Assembly: GCA_013239625.1 (NCBI GenBank)
Contig: MU056029.1
Coordinates: 992,001-1,056,000, forward strand
Length of the DNA: 64,000 nucleotides
Source: Lama guanicoe
Lineage: Eukaryota
Reading direction: 5' to 3'
Translations under genes and position numbers: made by a program
Notes under the pieces: model-generated
Told to the model about the DNA's origin: nothing
The model's database searches: none
What the model saw: the letters and a program-made list of their open reading frames with translations, nothing else
Part shown: positions 1 through 12,061 of the stretch, one piece after another
Numbering within the stretch: position 1 is the first letter of the stretch
How the letters are laid out: each line of letters opens with the position of its first letter

Positions 1-334
1 CAGATTTATGATATAAAATCAAAGGCTAGCTCTTTAAAAATATATATAAAATAGATAAATATTTCTTGATGCTACTGAACAGAATTATGAATGAAGAAAA
101 GAACATAATGATATATTCTAGAGGGCAACATATATGTGAATGCTAATGAATCAGAAAGTCTAGATAAAAAGTATCTTTTACAGAAAAACATGAATTTTCA
201 AGATTGATACAAGAAGAAAATCTAAAGAGACCTATAAGTATGGTAGAAATTAAAGCCATGTGTGCTAAGCTGGAAAGTATCATTCAAGGACCTATTCAAA
301 GTACCATACATCTATTTTTATAAAAACATTTCAT

Positions 335-537
335 GTGTTGACCCTTGGGTTTGAAACACACAAGTCCACTTATATGTGGATTTCTTTCAATGAGTATGTA
401 CTACAGTACTACTCAGTCGACAGTCAGTTGAATCCTTAGTTCAGCAACTAAAGGTACACAGGGCCAACTGTAGAGTTATACATGGATTTCCAACTGTGCA
501 CAGGGTCAGTGCCCCTAGGCTGTTCAAGGGTCAGCTA
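335..537. mobile_element. MER8-like (Tigger2-derived) TcMar DNA transposon MITE
   Basis: Terminal inverted repeats gttgaccctt...aagggtcagct and internal gtccacttatatgtggattt / ggccaactgtagagttatacatggatt match the recalled MER8 consensus. Confidence 0.7.
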
Positions 538-739
538 TATATGTCTACAGGTCAATTCTTTAAATACTTACAGCAACACCAACTCTTCAAGGAATAAATA
601 TTTACCATATGATATAATCTATTACAGAACACACAAAAACAGAAATCTTCTTGATCCCTATTATGTCAAAACACAAAGAAACTTAAAGATAGATATAATC
701 TATTAATATATTTAATAGAATCTATATGATATATCACAA

Positions 740-1800
740 ATGTCTGAGATGGCCCCACATTACCACCTTGCCATTGGATAATTTACTAGTGAATTTTGTT
801 AAACTGGTCAATGGTTCTTGGAATCTTCAGTCAAGTAATGAATGTTAGTAGAAGTCAGAGTAATGAGGAGAGGGAACGAACTCGAGGATAATTTCTTGGT
901 GAGTTCCCAGCCTTCCCTAAGGGAGATTACTTTCTTCCAGTTGGGACTCTAAGAGGAACAGTGGATGCTTCACATCTGGAGGGAAGGTGGCAGGATAGTA
1001 GAGACTAGAATGGATCTTGGATGTTAGACTGGGAATGCAGGCAGATTTCCTGTGGATTACACATGGGCTACGAGGGAAAATGGAGGACCAGGAGCTATCT
1101 TGGATCCTCTAAACTAGGGCTGCATGGATGGATGGAGAAATGGAAGTTGTCCGTGAAGGATGGAGTGCTAGAGCTAAGGAAAGAGCTCCAAGGGACCCAT
1201 AGAATTGAAGCATATCCTCCTCTCTCACTCTGCCAATCCCCAGCGCTGGTCAAGGGACCAGCTGGAGAGGGCTGCCTCACAGTGGCGCTCAGAGAAGAGC
1301 CAATTTTCAATTATCTTCTAGGTCCAAAGAGCATGAAGCTACTAGAAAATGGTACAGTTCAAGGAAAGCTTTTCTTACTTATTTCTCTCCACCCCTCAAA
1401 ATAAATCTTCAAAACTAGAGGAGGACATATGCAGACCATCAAGCCAGGCTGTGAAGGGATGAAGGAGAAGCAGACACAGAGAGGCTGAGAAGTCAACTGC
1501 ACTTCCTTTGCCATGACAGCCTTCAAGCCCAAAATCGGGCTGGGCTGTGGAAGTGGAAGACATTAATGCTAAATCTGAATTTAGTGTTAGACACTGAACT
1601 AAGAAATCCTATGTAACATAAAGATGGAAGAAGACTTACTAGAACATTGATAGAAAACCATGTAATCTGCCCATATGTTTACCCAAGGCAAAGAAATTTC
1701 ATAACTCACTGAACAGTGTTTAAGGGGATGGCAGAGGACAAAGAAAACTGCATTACAACTAGATCACAAGGTATGTTTATTACCAACCCACTGGTCATCT
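740..1800. mobile_element. Possible ancient LTR-like remnant interrupting an old L1
   Basis: A purine-rich block separates L1 ORF2-like sequence on both sides. The family cannot be identified by eye. Confidence 0.25.
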
Positions 1801-3005
1801 CCAGATTTTCGAAAGAACAACTGTAAACTAACTATGGACAAAGCAAATTGAATAATTTCTTAAGACCACTGCCCATCATGATAAAATAGGATTTGTTTCA
1901 GGAATTCAAGGATAGATCATGATAGGAAATTAGTAAGTTACAGTTACAGGTTAAAAAAGAAAAAAAGATCATACAAAGAGAGAATTAATCAACTCTATTT
2001 CTACTCCTGATAGGTAAAAAAGCAATCTAGGGTCAGCTATCTGATTTATAATTAGTTGCTGCCTATAAACTCCATAAACTGGTGACATCTGTAATTCAAC
2101 TCATGATATAGATTCCAGAAACTGAGAGTGTGTATGTATTTATTTGTTTAACGGAAGTAAAAGAATGAGTCATAACCGTTAAACTGCAAGTCAAATCATC
2201 CTTCGTGGTGGCGCATGGGAAGCACTCCTGTCACAACAAAGAACTAGGGGGTGCTGGACACCAATGCCCCTACTGTTTTTCATTTTCTGGACGTTGAATT
2301 CAATGCAATACAACAGAACGCAGAAATAATTATGAAGATTAAAAAATCACTAGGGGTGGGAATAGCTCAGTGGTAGAGCACATGCTTAGCATGCACAAGT
2401 CCCAGGTTCAATCCCCAGGACCTCTGTTTAAAAAAATCATCATAAGCAATATAATTCTAAGACTAAATTCATCAAGAATACTAACTAAATTATTAGATCT
2501 AATATGCGATTAAGGTGGCTGGATGTGATATTGGACAAATCCGTCAACAGACAGCTACATACAAACAGATCAATAGTTTTCCCACATATCAATGAAAGTT
2601 AGAGAGATAATGTAAAAATGACCCCATTCCTAACAGTACCACACTTTTAAAAAATCAGGAATAACCTTATCAAGAAATGAGTGGTTATCTACGAAGAAAA
2701 TGACAGAACTTTACTAAAAGCCATGACTGAAGACATGAATGAACACAGATGGACCACGGTTATGTAGGAAAGACTAAATATGGTCCAGCATTTGTTCTGC
2801 TCAAAGGCCTATTCATGAGCATAATGCCAACCAACATCTCAAATTATTTTTTTAGAAATTTGATAAAACAAATGATTCTAAAGCTCATACAGAAGAATAA
2901 ACTGGTAAGTATTGGAACAAATAGCTAAACCATTTGAAAAAAATATGAGACTGCTACCTCTCATACACCAAGATAAATTCTGGTGGATTAACAGTCTATA
3001 GAATA
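1800..3005 (+). mobile_element. Old, degenerate L1 (L1M-type) ORF2 fragments; similar fragments at 1-330 and 540-720
   Basis: L1 ORF2-like motifs: ggatttgtttcaggaattcaaggatag, ggaataaccttatcaagaaatg, ggaaagactaaatat, attctaaagctcatacagaagaataaa. Confidence 0.6.
2353..2430 (+). mobile_element. tRNA-Ala-derived SINE (camelid Vic-1-like), short form
   Basis: ggggtgggaatagctcagtggtagagcacatgcttagcatgcacaag...ggttcaatcccca carries the A and B boxes. It is flanked by the TSD-like ttaaaaaatcac / ttaaaaaaatcat. Confidence 0.8.
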
Positions 3006-3006
3006 T

Positions 3007-4008
3007 GTACTTCTGAATGACGGCCATTTTGACTGGTGTGAGGTGACACCTCGTTGTAGTTCTGATGCATTTCTCTGATAATTAGTGATATTGAGCATTT
3101 TTTCATAGGCCTATTGGTCATTCATATGTCTTCTTTGGAGAATTGCTTGTTTACGTCTTCTCCCCATTTTTGGATTGGGTTGTTTGTTTTTTTCTTATTA
3201 CGTCATTTGAGCTGTTTATATATTCTGGAGATCAAGCCCTTATCAGTTTCATCTTCTGCAAATATTTTCTCCCATTCCATAGGTTGTCATTTTGTTTTGT
3301 TTATGGTTTCCTTTGCTGTGCAAAAGCTTGTAAGTTTAATTACGTCCCATTTGTTTATTTTTGCTTTTATTTCTATTGCTTGGGTAGACTGTCCTAGGAG
3401 AACATTGCTGAGATGTACGTGAGATAATGTTTGCACCCCAATGTTCATGGCAGCACTATTACAATAGCCAAGATGTGGAAACAACCTAAATGTCCATCAA
3501 CAGATGACTGGACAAAGAAGTTATGTTGTATTTATACAATGGAATACTATTCAGCCATAAAAATGACAACATAATGCCATTTGCAGCAACATGGATGTCC
3601 CTAGAGAATTTCATTCTAAATGAAGCCAGAAAAAGAAAGAAAAATACTGTATGATATCGCTCATATGTGGAATCTTAAAAAAAAAAGACAAATGACCTTT
3701 AATATAAAACAGAAACAGACTCACAGATGTAGAATACAAACTTGTGGTTTCCAGGGGGAAGGGGGTGAGAAAGGATAAACTGGGAGTTTGAGATTTATAG
3801 ATACTGACAGGTATATATAGAATAGATAAGTAAGCTTATACTGTATAGCACAGGGAACTTATTCAAGATCTTGTAGAAGCTCACTGTGAAAAAGAATATG
3901 AAAATGCATATATGTATATTCTTGTATGACTGAAGCATTGTGCTGTCCACCAGACATTGACACAACATTGTAAACTGACTATACTTCAATTTTAAAAAGT
4001 AAAAAAAA
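3007..4008 (+). mobile_element. Lineage-specific L1 3' end with 5' inversion (inverted part ~3007-3432, sense part ~3432-4008)
   Basis: Antisense ORF2 C-terminal sequence (ggccattttgactggtgtgagg...) joins at 'tgc' to sense gcaccccaatgttcat..., then the 3'UTR and an A-rich tail. Confidence 0.85.
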
Positions 4009-4084
4009 GAATCAAAATGGAAAATTTGAAAAATGAAGTAGTATAGAAAGAACTGGGATTTAAACGTAATCCGCATTTAGCACT

Positions 4085-4720
4085 TCTCCTTGTCTCCCCC
4101 CCAGCACTGCCCCAGGTTTGGGGGATGTAACAATAAACAGGAAACAGGTTCTTCCTTCAGAGAGTTTATATTCTCACAACGGCCTCCCTGCTGCCATGGA
4201 TGGGAACAGAGAGTCAATAAATAAGAAATGCAATAAAATGACAAGATCATGTCAGATGTGGATAAGTGCTATGACAAAAATAAAGCAAGACGGTGTAACA
4301 AAAAGGGGATAGGTGCTCAGAGCAGGACCCGGTGAACTGTCTTCAATTATATAATTCCACTCTGATGCTAAAAATATGAGTATCTAGAAGCAACGTATTA
4401 CATTCAGCAAAGAGCATGTGCAAAGGCCCTAAAACAGGGACATACTTGGTTATTTCTGAAGAGCTTAAGGAAGGTCTGCATATTAGAAGCGTGATCAGAG
4501 AGGAGACCAGTGGTGAAAAGAGAGGGGTTAGAATTGCAGGAACCAAACTCTGGAGCAGAGAGAGGATGCCAAGGGGAAGCTGATTCTTGAAATGTTTAGG
4601 GACTCACTTTCCATTTGAGAGAAGAGGCGAAGGTGAGCAGCAGGTATGCGGGACGGTGTTTTTGTAAATGGGAAGGTGCAGAAAGTTCTGTGTTTTCAGT
4701 CAAAGTATAAGGTAACATCA
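4085..4720 (-). mobile_element. L2 fragment
   Basis: Antisense L2 motifs: gataagtgctatgacaaaaataaagca and agagcatgtgcaaaggccctaaaacaggga. Confidence 0.6.
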
Positions 4721-7396
4721 TCAAATGAGAGCGAGGAGGGATGTTTGAAGTGAAGGTGTGAACAAGTCCTTAAAAGTAGGGGAAGAATGAATGAGATTGG
4801 GGTGAACAGAGAATTTTATGAGCCTGCATTTAAAGGGAGACAGGGGACTTTCTCCAGCCTTGAAAGATAAAGTAAATAGGTTATTTTCAGGAGTCGAAAT
4901 AACGATGCAGCCCAAAGCAGGCGTCACGACCCTGAAGCTAATACGTCACTTACTGCTGGTGGGAGTAAAAGTTGGCATAACCCTTTTTGGAAAGCAATGT
5001 ATCGGGTTTTTCTTTTTTTTTTCTTTTTTTTTTTTTTACCTACATAAAAGGAATTGGGAGGCAGCGACCAAACAAGTTGGAGAATTAAGCCCACCTGCAC
5101 TCAGATCACGCTGAGCCTTATTAATTCTGTGAGCTTACATCTTTCCTGGGGGAAGAGGTGTCTGGCCAGAACCACTCTATAAAGCACAGTTTTGGAAAAA
5201 GATGGCAGTCAAACCCATTGGATGACCAAATGTGAATCTTCTGAAATAAGTCCTAGGTTCATTTTAACATTGCATTCAACCTTTTAAGAACAGGAATGGC
5301 AACTTTCACAATTTCAAGCAATTTTCAACAGCAAGAGGGAACTCCACAGGGTATTTTCCAACACATTTTGCAAAAGCTTCTCAGGCACAACATGACTACA
5401 CTGTTTCCATGAAGATGACTCAACCTCAAGCTCCCAGGTGCCTTTTGGAGCAAATTAAATACTACTTCGTGAGTCCATTACCAACTGCTAGCATCAGAGA
5501 GAAGGTCCGAAGGCACAAAATGCATGGCCCGAAGGAAAGACCACATTGCAAAGTGTCTTCAGTGGGGCAGGTGGGATATGCAGTGACTTCAGGTGATCAA
5601 GCGGTCTTGGAAAAGAAAGATGGGGAGACAGGAAAGGGACAATGACTGCCTTCTCACAGACAGCAGAAAATTTCAGCTCAGCACCAAAGAAAACAGGAGA
5701 GCTGTCAATGGGAACAGGACCAAGACTTGTGAGCCTCCTGGGCAGCCAAGATTTTCCTTGTTCCTGAAGAGGCTTCGCTGCCCAAAGGAAATTTTCCAAG
5801 AGCCCAAGTTTTATTTTAGGAGGGTATGTGTCCCCTATCCAGAGCATCCTGTTCCACCACAGGTGACGTGGATGTGCACAAGTGGCTGGATTCACGGTCT
5901 CACTCAGCCAAGCCCAGGCAAGTATTAGCCTAGGTTTTATACTCAGCGGCTCTAAGAGTCATTGAAAACATAATTCATGGTGTAGAACAACCTTTCATCA
6001 CCACGAAAATATGATCCCTCTCCAGTGCCTTGGCGAGAGATCATCAGCTACTTCTGCAGAGTCATCGGAGTAATGGATTAACGATTTCCCAGAATAAGTC
6101 TGAGATGACGTACAAACCTACTTCATGGAGAGCTCATCACAGCCAGAGATCTTCCTCTGCTCTTGATAAAGCAAAAGCCCTCATTGATCCTGTCCTGCAG
6201 CGGCCAGGCATGATTGGGAAAAGGAACCCGGAGGAGTAAAGTGGTGACTGACCTCCCAAAGTGGGCTACTGTGAGCTACTGGGGTCCAGGAAAGCCAATT
6301 CCAGTCTCCAGTGGTGAGAATTCAACCTTAGGGTCCCAAGGACAGAGCCAGGTCATCTTCATCAGCAATACGTTACAAGCAGGAGATTTAACAACAACCC
6401 CAGTGCTCCATGGACCTCCACGGGGAGTTTAACCCACTAATGTTCTCAGCTGCATCAGACCTCCTCCAGGTCCACGCCTGGCACCCACACCAAAAGGATG
6501 CAATGTATCATTGCAGTTACAACACCACCCATTCCTGTCTGGCCATGTTACCAACATGATCCAGCGAGGGCAAGAATAAAAAGAGAGGGGAGCGAGGGTA
6601 GGGTCTGGGGCCAAGGGAACGATGGAGGGTGGTCCATCAGTGTGAACACTCACATTTTGTTTTTTATCAAAAAAACACAATATGTATAGTATGCATATGT
6701 ATGTGTGTGTATCCTATAAAATATACAAGTGGGACTTCAATTTACACAGAATAACACAGAATATGTATACACACGAATTTAATAAAATTATCAGTATTTT
6801 GAAATACTGATGTGCTTTTTGTCCAAAAATTCAAGTGACTTCAAATTCAAATTAATCTCTATAGATATGTGTATTTTTTTTTAATCTAAAGGCAGAAATT
6901 TCTAGATTAGCCAATTTCAAAAAGAATTCAGATGGCGCAGTGTGACTGCTTGAGCACACACGGAATGTGGTCTGTTACTTAGATTTTCTTCCTGACAGCT
7001 TGTCCAGGTCCACATGGAAGAACTGTTGCAAAAATATGAGGTTCTAAATAAAGATCTAAGGGGTATATTGAGACTATAGATGAGTAAAAATAGCTACATA
7101 CTTAGAAATCCATTTAGATTTAAGAAGGTTACTTGAGATGTACAATGGATGTAAATTTCAGCAGTTTTTTTTTAGGTTATTGTACAGTTTAATATTAAAA
7201 GTTTCTCCTAGCTTATTATTACATTAGTATTTAATTTTTATATTAAAATTTAAGGCAGCATATCAGCTAAAGATACAGTTTTAATCTCTTGGTTTTTTTG
7301 TTATTCTTGCCTGTTCAATGGTGTGAAATCCAACACTTTCAAATGGAGTTTGGAAATTTATTACAGTTCTTTCATTCCTATTATAACGTTTTTGTC

Positions 7397-7728
7397 TGCT
7401 ATGGTCCAAATGTTCACGTTCCCCCCAAATTCATATGCTGAAACCTTAACCCCCAAAGAAGGCGGTATTGGGAGGTGAGGGCTTAGCTCATGAGAGCGGA
7501 GCCCCATTAATGGGATTAGTTAGTGTTCTTATAAAAGAGACCCCACAGAGCTCCCCTGCCCCCCAGCTTCCACCACGTGAGGACACAGGGAGAGGGTATC
7601 TGCTATGACTGAGGACAGGCCCTCCCTAGACATGTAGTCAGCAGGCACCTTGACCTTGGAGTCCAGAGTGTCAGAAATCAGTGTCTGCTGTGGTGGGTTT
7701 TGTTATAGCAACCGGACAGACTCAGACA
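7397..7728 (+). mobile_element. MaLR solo LTR (MLT1A-like)
   Basis: Starts TGCTATGGTccaaatgtt...ccccaaattcatatgctgaaacc, contains aatgggattag...cttataaaagagacccca, and ends tttgttatagcaacc...gactcagaCA. Confidence 0.8.
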
Positions 7729-8713
7729 CTAGCCTAACAGAGTTTCAGCTCTTTGCTCTTGGACACACTAATGTGCTCTGACTCTTGTGAGATTTAAAAT
7801 AAAAAAAAGAATTCAAAAATAAAAAGGGAGAGAACCCAAAGGGCAAGTTTTGTTTAAAAAGCCAAGAAGGTTTTTATTTTATTTTTTTTATTTTAGCCTG
7901 GTTTTTATTGCTATTTGTTTCCTTTTGCTCCCCCTGCACTGTGCGTGTGCTATCACACACACACGCGCACACACACACACTTCTGTTCACTTCTTTTAGG
8001 AAGGACATATCTCCTCATTTTTGCTCACAGCGTTTCTGGATAATCTTTTGTACAACCGATCTGTTTGTACTTGTCAAAGCCTCCAGAACTTTATAACCAT
8101 ATCTCTCGTTTCTGGGTGAAAATATAAAATGCTGAAAACATCCCACAGAAACATCAATCTACACTCTTTCCAGAGTGACACCATGGCTTAGGTGACAAGC
8201 GCCACTTTCTTTCTCTTACAGTTAAAAAATCTAATTTTTGCTAAAATTCCAACTCATTCTATATCCTGGTCACTCAACATTTGAGGAAGTCACTCAACAT
8301 TTTCCACTGAAGGAATATTAAATAATTTCCTTTAAGCACCCTGAAGCACTAGAAGTCCTGGCAGCGTGCATTTACATGCATGGTGTTATGAGCAGACTTA
8401 GATTTGCTGGAGCCGTGGTTAGAGATTCACAACACTTTGAGAGAAACCCCTTCTCCAAGATAGCCGCCTGTGCCCCACTCCAGACGGCGGCCACCCCTGG
8501 AAGGAGGGTTTCCAGGCACTTTCAGGCCAGGAGATCAAGAAAGACACAGATACGCTACTCTCAAATAAAAGGAAACAAAACCCAGTGCTAAATCAACACG
8601 AGAGACAGAGATCTGCTAAGTGCATCCGTCTGTGAAAGTCACAATCACTAACCACCAGCAGAGGTGGGGCGTCACCGGAAGGCCAGGTGGGGGCGTCCCG
8701 GGAATGCCTGGTG

Positions 8714-8727
8714 GTTTCCAGGGTAAC
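8714..8727. promoter_or_regulatory. RFX X-box-like motif GTTTCCAGGGTAAC
   Basis: A 14-bp imperfect palindrome (reverse complement GTTACCCTGGAAAC) in a non-repeat CpG-rich patch about 0.6 kb downstream of exon 4. Motif match only. Confidence 0.35.
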
Positions 8728-9295
8728 CAGGCAAGCCCAGGGCCTCCTCGGCGTTCCAGACAGCAGCCTGCTTTCCTGATTCAAGTGATTTTATTAGGCA
8801 ACTTGGTGAGAGACGATTCTCACCCAGAAGCCTCGCATCCACTCGTTCGCATAAATATTGGTGGCACCACCTCACTAGATTCCGTGGGGACGACACCATA
8901 GGTGGGCACAACTAGATATTTTTTGTTCAACTCTGCAAATGGCTTTGGGAAACTTCCCCAAAAGCCTCTAAAGTACCGGGGTGATATTAATTACCGGCCT
9001 CTGTGGCTATGATATGGGAAATCCACCCTCAGGGAATGTGTGTCCTCAGATACGGCAGCCCAGTTATATAAACTCAGCCTGAGAAGGCTGTTTTTCACTG
9101 GCTTGATGTCTATTTATAGTAACAGTAATGCCCCCAATCTTACATTTATGCGATTTTTTTTTTCCTGCAGAGCGCCAAGTGTTTCACGGGCGTCATGAAT
9201 CTGAGGGCATGGCCTCACGTACTACCACCACCTCCGGGGAAAAAATCAAGGTCACGGCGCCCCCGCGCAGCCACGACACCGGCCCTGCAGGGCAG

Positions 9296-9301
9296 ACACA
9301 C
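9296..9301 (-). promoter_or_regulatory. 5' splice donor of exon 4 (CAG|GTGTGT)
   Basis: A GT dinucleotide lies exactly where similarity to GABRB3 ends (after ...LYGL AG). Confidence 0.9.
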
Positions 9302-9522
9302 CTGAGTCCGTACAGCACCGTCCCGTCGGGGTGGAGGCGGATCATGCGGTTCTTCACGGTCACGCCGTGCACAAACGACTTCTTGTCATTTAGGAAGTAC
9401 GTGTCCGGCACCCAGAGCTGGTCAGCCACCCGATTGTCCAGCGTGAGGTTGAGAGGGATCCCGGAATAGGCGAGCCTTTTATCTCTCCAGTATTGTTGAA
9501 AATACATGGTTAAGGTGTAATC
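9302..9522 (-). CDS. GABRB3: Internal coding exon (exon 4, 221 bp) of GABA-A receptor subunit beta-3, extracellular ligand-binding domain
   Basis: The minus strand reads ccccgcag|GAT TAC ACC TTA ACC ATG ... CTG TAC GGA CTC AG|gtgtgt. The translation [73 protein letters not shown](R) is GABA-A beta-class. [15 protein letters not shown] is the beta-3 form (beta-1 QQSWKDKRLSYSGIP, beta-2 QQAWRDKRLSYNVIP). Boundaries are canonical AG/GT, with a phase 0 start and phase 2 end. Confidence 0.97.
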
Positions 9523-9562
9523 CTGCGGGGAGGGGGGAGAAAGAAAAGAAAAGAAAGTTAGT
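9523..9562 (-). promoter_or_regulatory. 3' splice site of exon 4: branch point, polypyrimidine tract and CAG acceptor
   Basis: The minus strand reads aACTAACtttcttttcttttctttctcccccctccccgCAG|G. The CTAAC branch-point consensus (plus-strand gttagt, 9557-9562) is followed by an almost pure pyrimidine tract. Confidence 0.9.
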
Positions 9563-10980
9563 TTGCGTCCGGCCACGGCATGTTTCTTGCATGGTTGACC
9601 CCATTTCCGGTTGGAATCCAGGAGAAATGGGTACCATTTTCAGACCGGGTAGGAAGCAGCGGTCGCTTTTTTGTAAATGCAAATACCAGGTTTAATAGGT
9701 GTACATCTTGTCTATAATTCCTGGTTTTTTGTTTCATTTTGTTTTGGTTTTTTTCCTGGTAAGAAGCACACTAGACAAACTGGCATTTTAGAACCTAGAA
9801 ATAAAGGCCAGAAAAAGAGTCATCCTAGGATCAGGGTGCTGGCAGGGAGCTGAGCTTGTGCGCTGGCCTACGACCAGCTTATCCCACCAAGCAGACCCGG
9901 GCTCGAGCTACCCACGACAGGCCAGCCCGAGCTACGCACTCTCCACGGTGCAGCATCTTTCTCCCCTTCTGCCCGCTGAGCCGGCTGTAAATAGAAACTC
10001 TTTGGAACAGAAGCACCAGTTGGAGACACGATGACCTGTGGGAGGTCTCCGTGCCCCACACATCACATTCTCCTTTCCTTCTGGATGGCCAGGGCCATTT
10101 CTACACTAACTGAGCTGTATCATCGTCTTGAGATGATGACATTTACTGAAAATGGAGCCTGGCGCTAAACCGGATGTGGGCGGAGGGAGCCGGGTCACGG
10201 CGCAGCCCCCACAAGCCTCCCAACCAAGTAAGTGGCAAACAGCAGATGACCCAACGTTGTTGTTTTGCAGAGTAGTTAGTGCAACAAGGAAGTGGGGTGG
10301 GTGAGACAAATCAGAGGCTGGGCATGGAAATTCTAGTTTGAAATGTCTGTTCTTCTTGGCAATCGCTGCTCAAGTCCGGAATGGAACAGGTGTAAAAATC
10401 CGGTCCTATTCACGGGACATCCTGAACCCCATGGTGCAAGGATCCAAGCTGAAGATCCGAAACCCTCCCACCAGGGAAGGAGAAATCACCGCTGTTACAC
10501 GCGCAGGAGCTCCTGGGCGCGCACACTTCCAGGGCACGTCTACAGCAGCCTCGCTCTGTGGGCGGTGACAGGCGGGATGCAAGTCCGCCGAAGAATCCAT
10601 CCCAGACACAGGTCTTCTGACATCCCCGTCCAGTATTCCTGCTGCCTCACGGGCGGTTCCCAGAGCCTGCTAATGCAGCAGTGCTCCCCCACCCCCGCAT
10701 CACTGATTACAAGAGTGTGGGGGCATAGAGGCCCCTGAAATGACAAAAAGCACACCCAGTGCTGTGCTCCAGGTGCCCAAGGGCAAGGAGGTGACACAGC
10801 CAATACCTGCTAAACAGCTACGAACAAAAGAAGCTCTAAGATATACGGCCCGCAAACAAAATCCGAGGAGCCAAGGAAGCAAACTGCGCAAACAGGCTGG
10901 CGAGCCTTTGTGGGGGTTTTATCTACAGCTTGGGGCGGAGGTAGCATCTGAGCGCACGAGGAGAAACACAGATCTTTTTC

Positions 10981-11186
10981 CCAGGCACTTGCAGGGGGGC
11001 GGTCTGCTCCCGGGCTTACCTGTATGAAGCCCCACCCCCCACCAATTTAAGATTCTCACACGGTGGGTGGTAGTGAAGACAGGCCTTGGTCAGTTAGATA
11101 CGAGGCAGGGGCATGAAAAATCACACAAGGGCGTTGCTTTTACTGAACTGAAGAGAATTTTGCTGGAACTTAGGGTGCAAGAGGAG
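10981..11186 (+). repeat. Inverted repeat arm 1 (putative source copy)
   Basis: ccaggcacttgcag...ccccaccccccaccaatt...gttagatacgaggcaggggcatgaaaaa...tgctggaacttagggtgcaagaggag is the reverse complement of 11691-11917, roughly 85-90% identical by eye. Confidence 0.92.
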
Positions 11187-11313
11187 AAAAGTAAAGAGAG
11201 GTGGGCAGGGCTGGACCCCACGGCAATGACCAGAAAGTGGAAGAACTGGACCACCAGCTCCAAAGCCGATGAACTCCACTGAAGATTTCCAAGTAGCGAG
11301 GGACATAAACACA

Positions 11314-12061
11314 TGTACTGGCCATGTCTTTCGTTTCCTGATTTCTCATGCTTTACCGTCTGGGCTCTGGGTGACCCTGGAGGGACACTCTCCAGTTCCT
11401 AGAGACAGCAGACAACTCGGCCAAGCCCCGGATTGTACTTTTCAGATGTAAACCATCCAACTCAGAGCTCACACCCTGAACTGGCTTCTTTATCAGGTTC
11501 TCACACTCCAGGCTAGTACCTCATTCCACAGCTGGCATATCCAGGCACCAGGCAGCCAGGGATAGATGAGGCCCCAAGACCCACTTTAGTGCTTCAAACT
11601 AGCCAGTCTTAAGCCTGCTCAGCCAGCCTCGCCCATGCCAGTTCTGTCCATGTTTGAAAGTACGGTAAAGGCTCTCTCCCTGGGACTTCCCTCCTCTTGC
11701 ACCCTAAGTTCCAGCACAATGGTGCCCCCCTTAGGGTTTCTCATCAATTCAGTAAAAGCAACATCCTTATGTGATTTTTTTTCATGCCCCTGCCTCGTAT
11801 CTAACTAACCAAGGCCTGTCTCCAATACCACCTACTGTGTGAGCATCTTTAATTGGTGGGGGGTGGGGTTTCACACAGTTGAGACCAGGAGCAGACCTCT
11901 GCCCTGTAAGTGCCTGGTGCTTCCCGGTGTCCCCCTCCCCATCACATGGCATGCCCCCTTCTCTTGGGGTCTGTGGGTAACAAACTTTTCAGTGGCAGTA
12001 GCCTCCTGCACTGTTGGCCTGGCCACACCTGAGGAATGATACAATCTAGATTTTAAACGCA
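11314..12061 (+). mobile_element. MER74-like ERVL solo LTR, interrupted at 11691-11917
   Basis: Motifs tgaccctggagggac, ttcctagagacag, ttcaaactagccagtcttaagcctgct and, after the insertion, cctggtgcttccc...ttttcagtggcag...ctgttggcctggccacacctga...ttttaaa follow the recalled MER74 consensus collinearly. Confidence 0.7.
11691..11917 (-). repeat. Inverted repeat arm 2 (copy inserted inside the MER74-like LTR)
   Basis: ctcctcttgcaccctaagttccagca...catgcccctgcctcgtatctaac...aattggtggggggtgggg...taagtgcctgg. It carries an extra ~17-bp insert relative to arm 1. Confidence 0.92.

Larger units (their letters stand above)
1..9301 (-). other. GABRB3: GABRB3 intron 4 (partial)
   Basis: Lies downstream of the exon-4 donor. 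The next expected exon (RITTTAACMMDL...) does not appear in the ORF track, and the region is repeat-rich. Confidence 0.85.

Noticed and set aside
2353..2430. tRNA-Ala gene (also at 27031 and 29768)
   Set aside because: A and B boxes are present, but the stems are degenerate and the copies have A-rich tails and TSDs. They are SINEs.
8269..8303. Short direct repeats resembling repeat-spacer units (gtcactcaacattt x2; also at ~38706-38732 and ~44789-44818)
   Set aside because: Each has only two copies of 13-16 bp, typical of ordinary slippage duplications. There is no array and no CRISPR context in a mammalian intron.
9193..9576. 127-aa minus-strand ORF as a complete gene
   Set aside because: Only 9522-9302 is exonic. 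The flanking residues ([11 protein letters not shown] and CVCPAG...) are translated polypyrimidine tract and intron.
10981..11917. DNA transposon with long terminal inverted repeats
   Set aside because: There is no TSD outside the arms, and the MER74-like LTR continues past arm 2. The arms therefore do not delimit an inserted unit.
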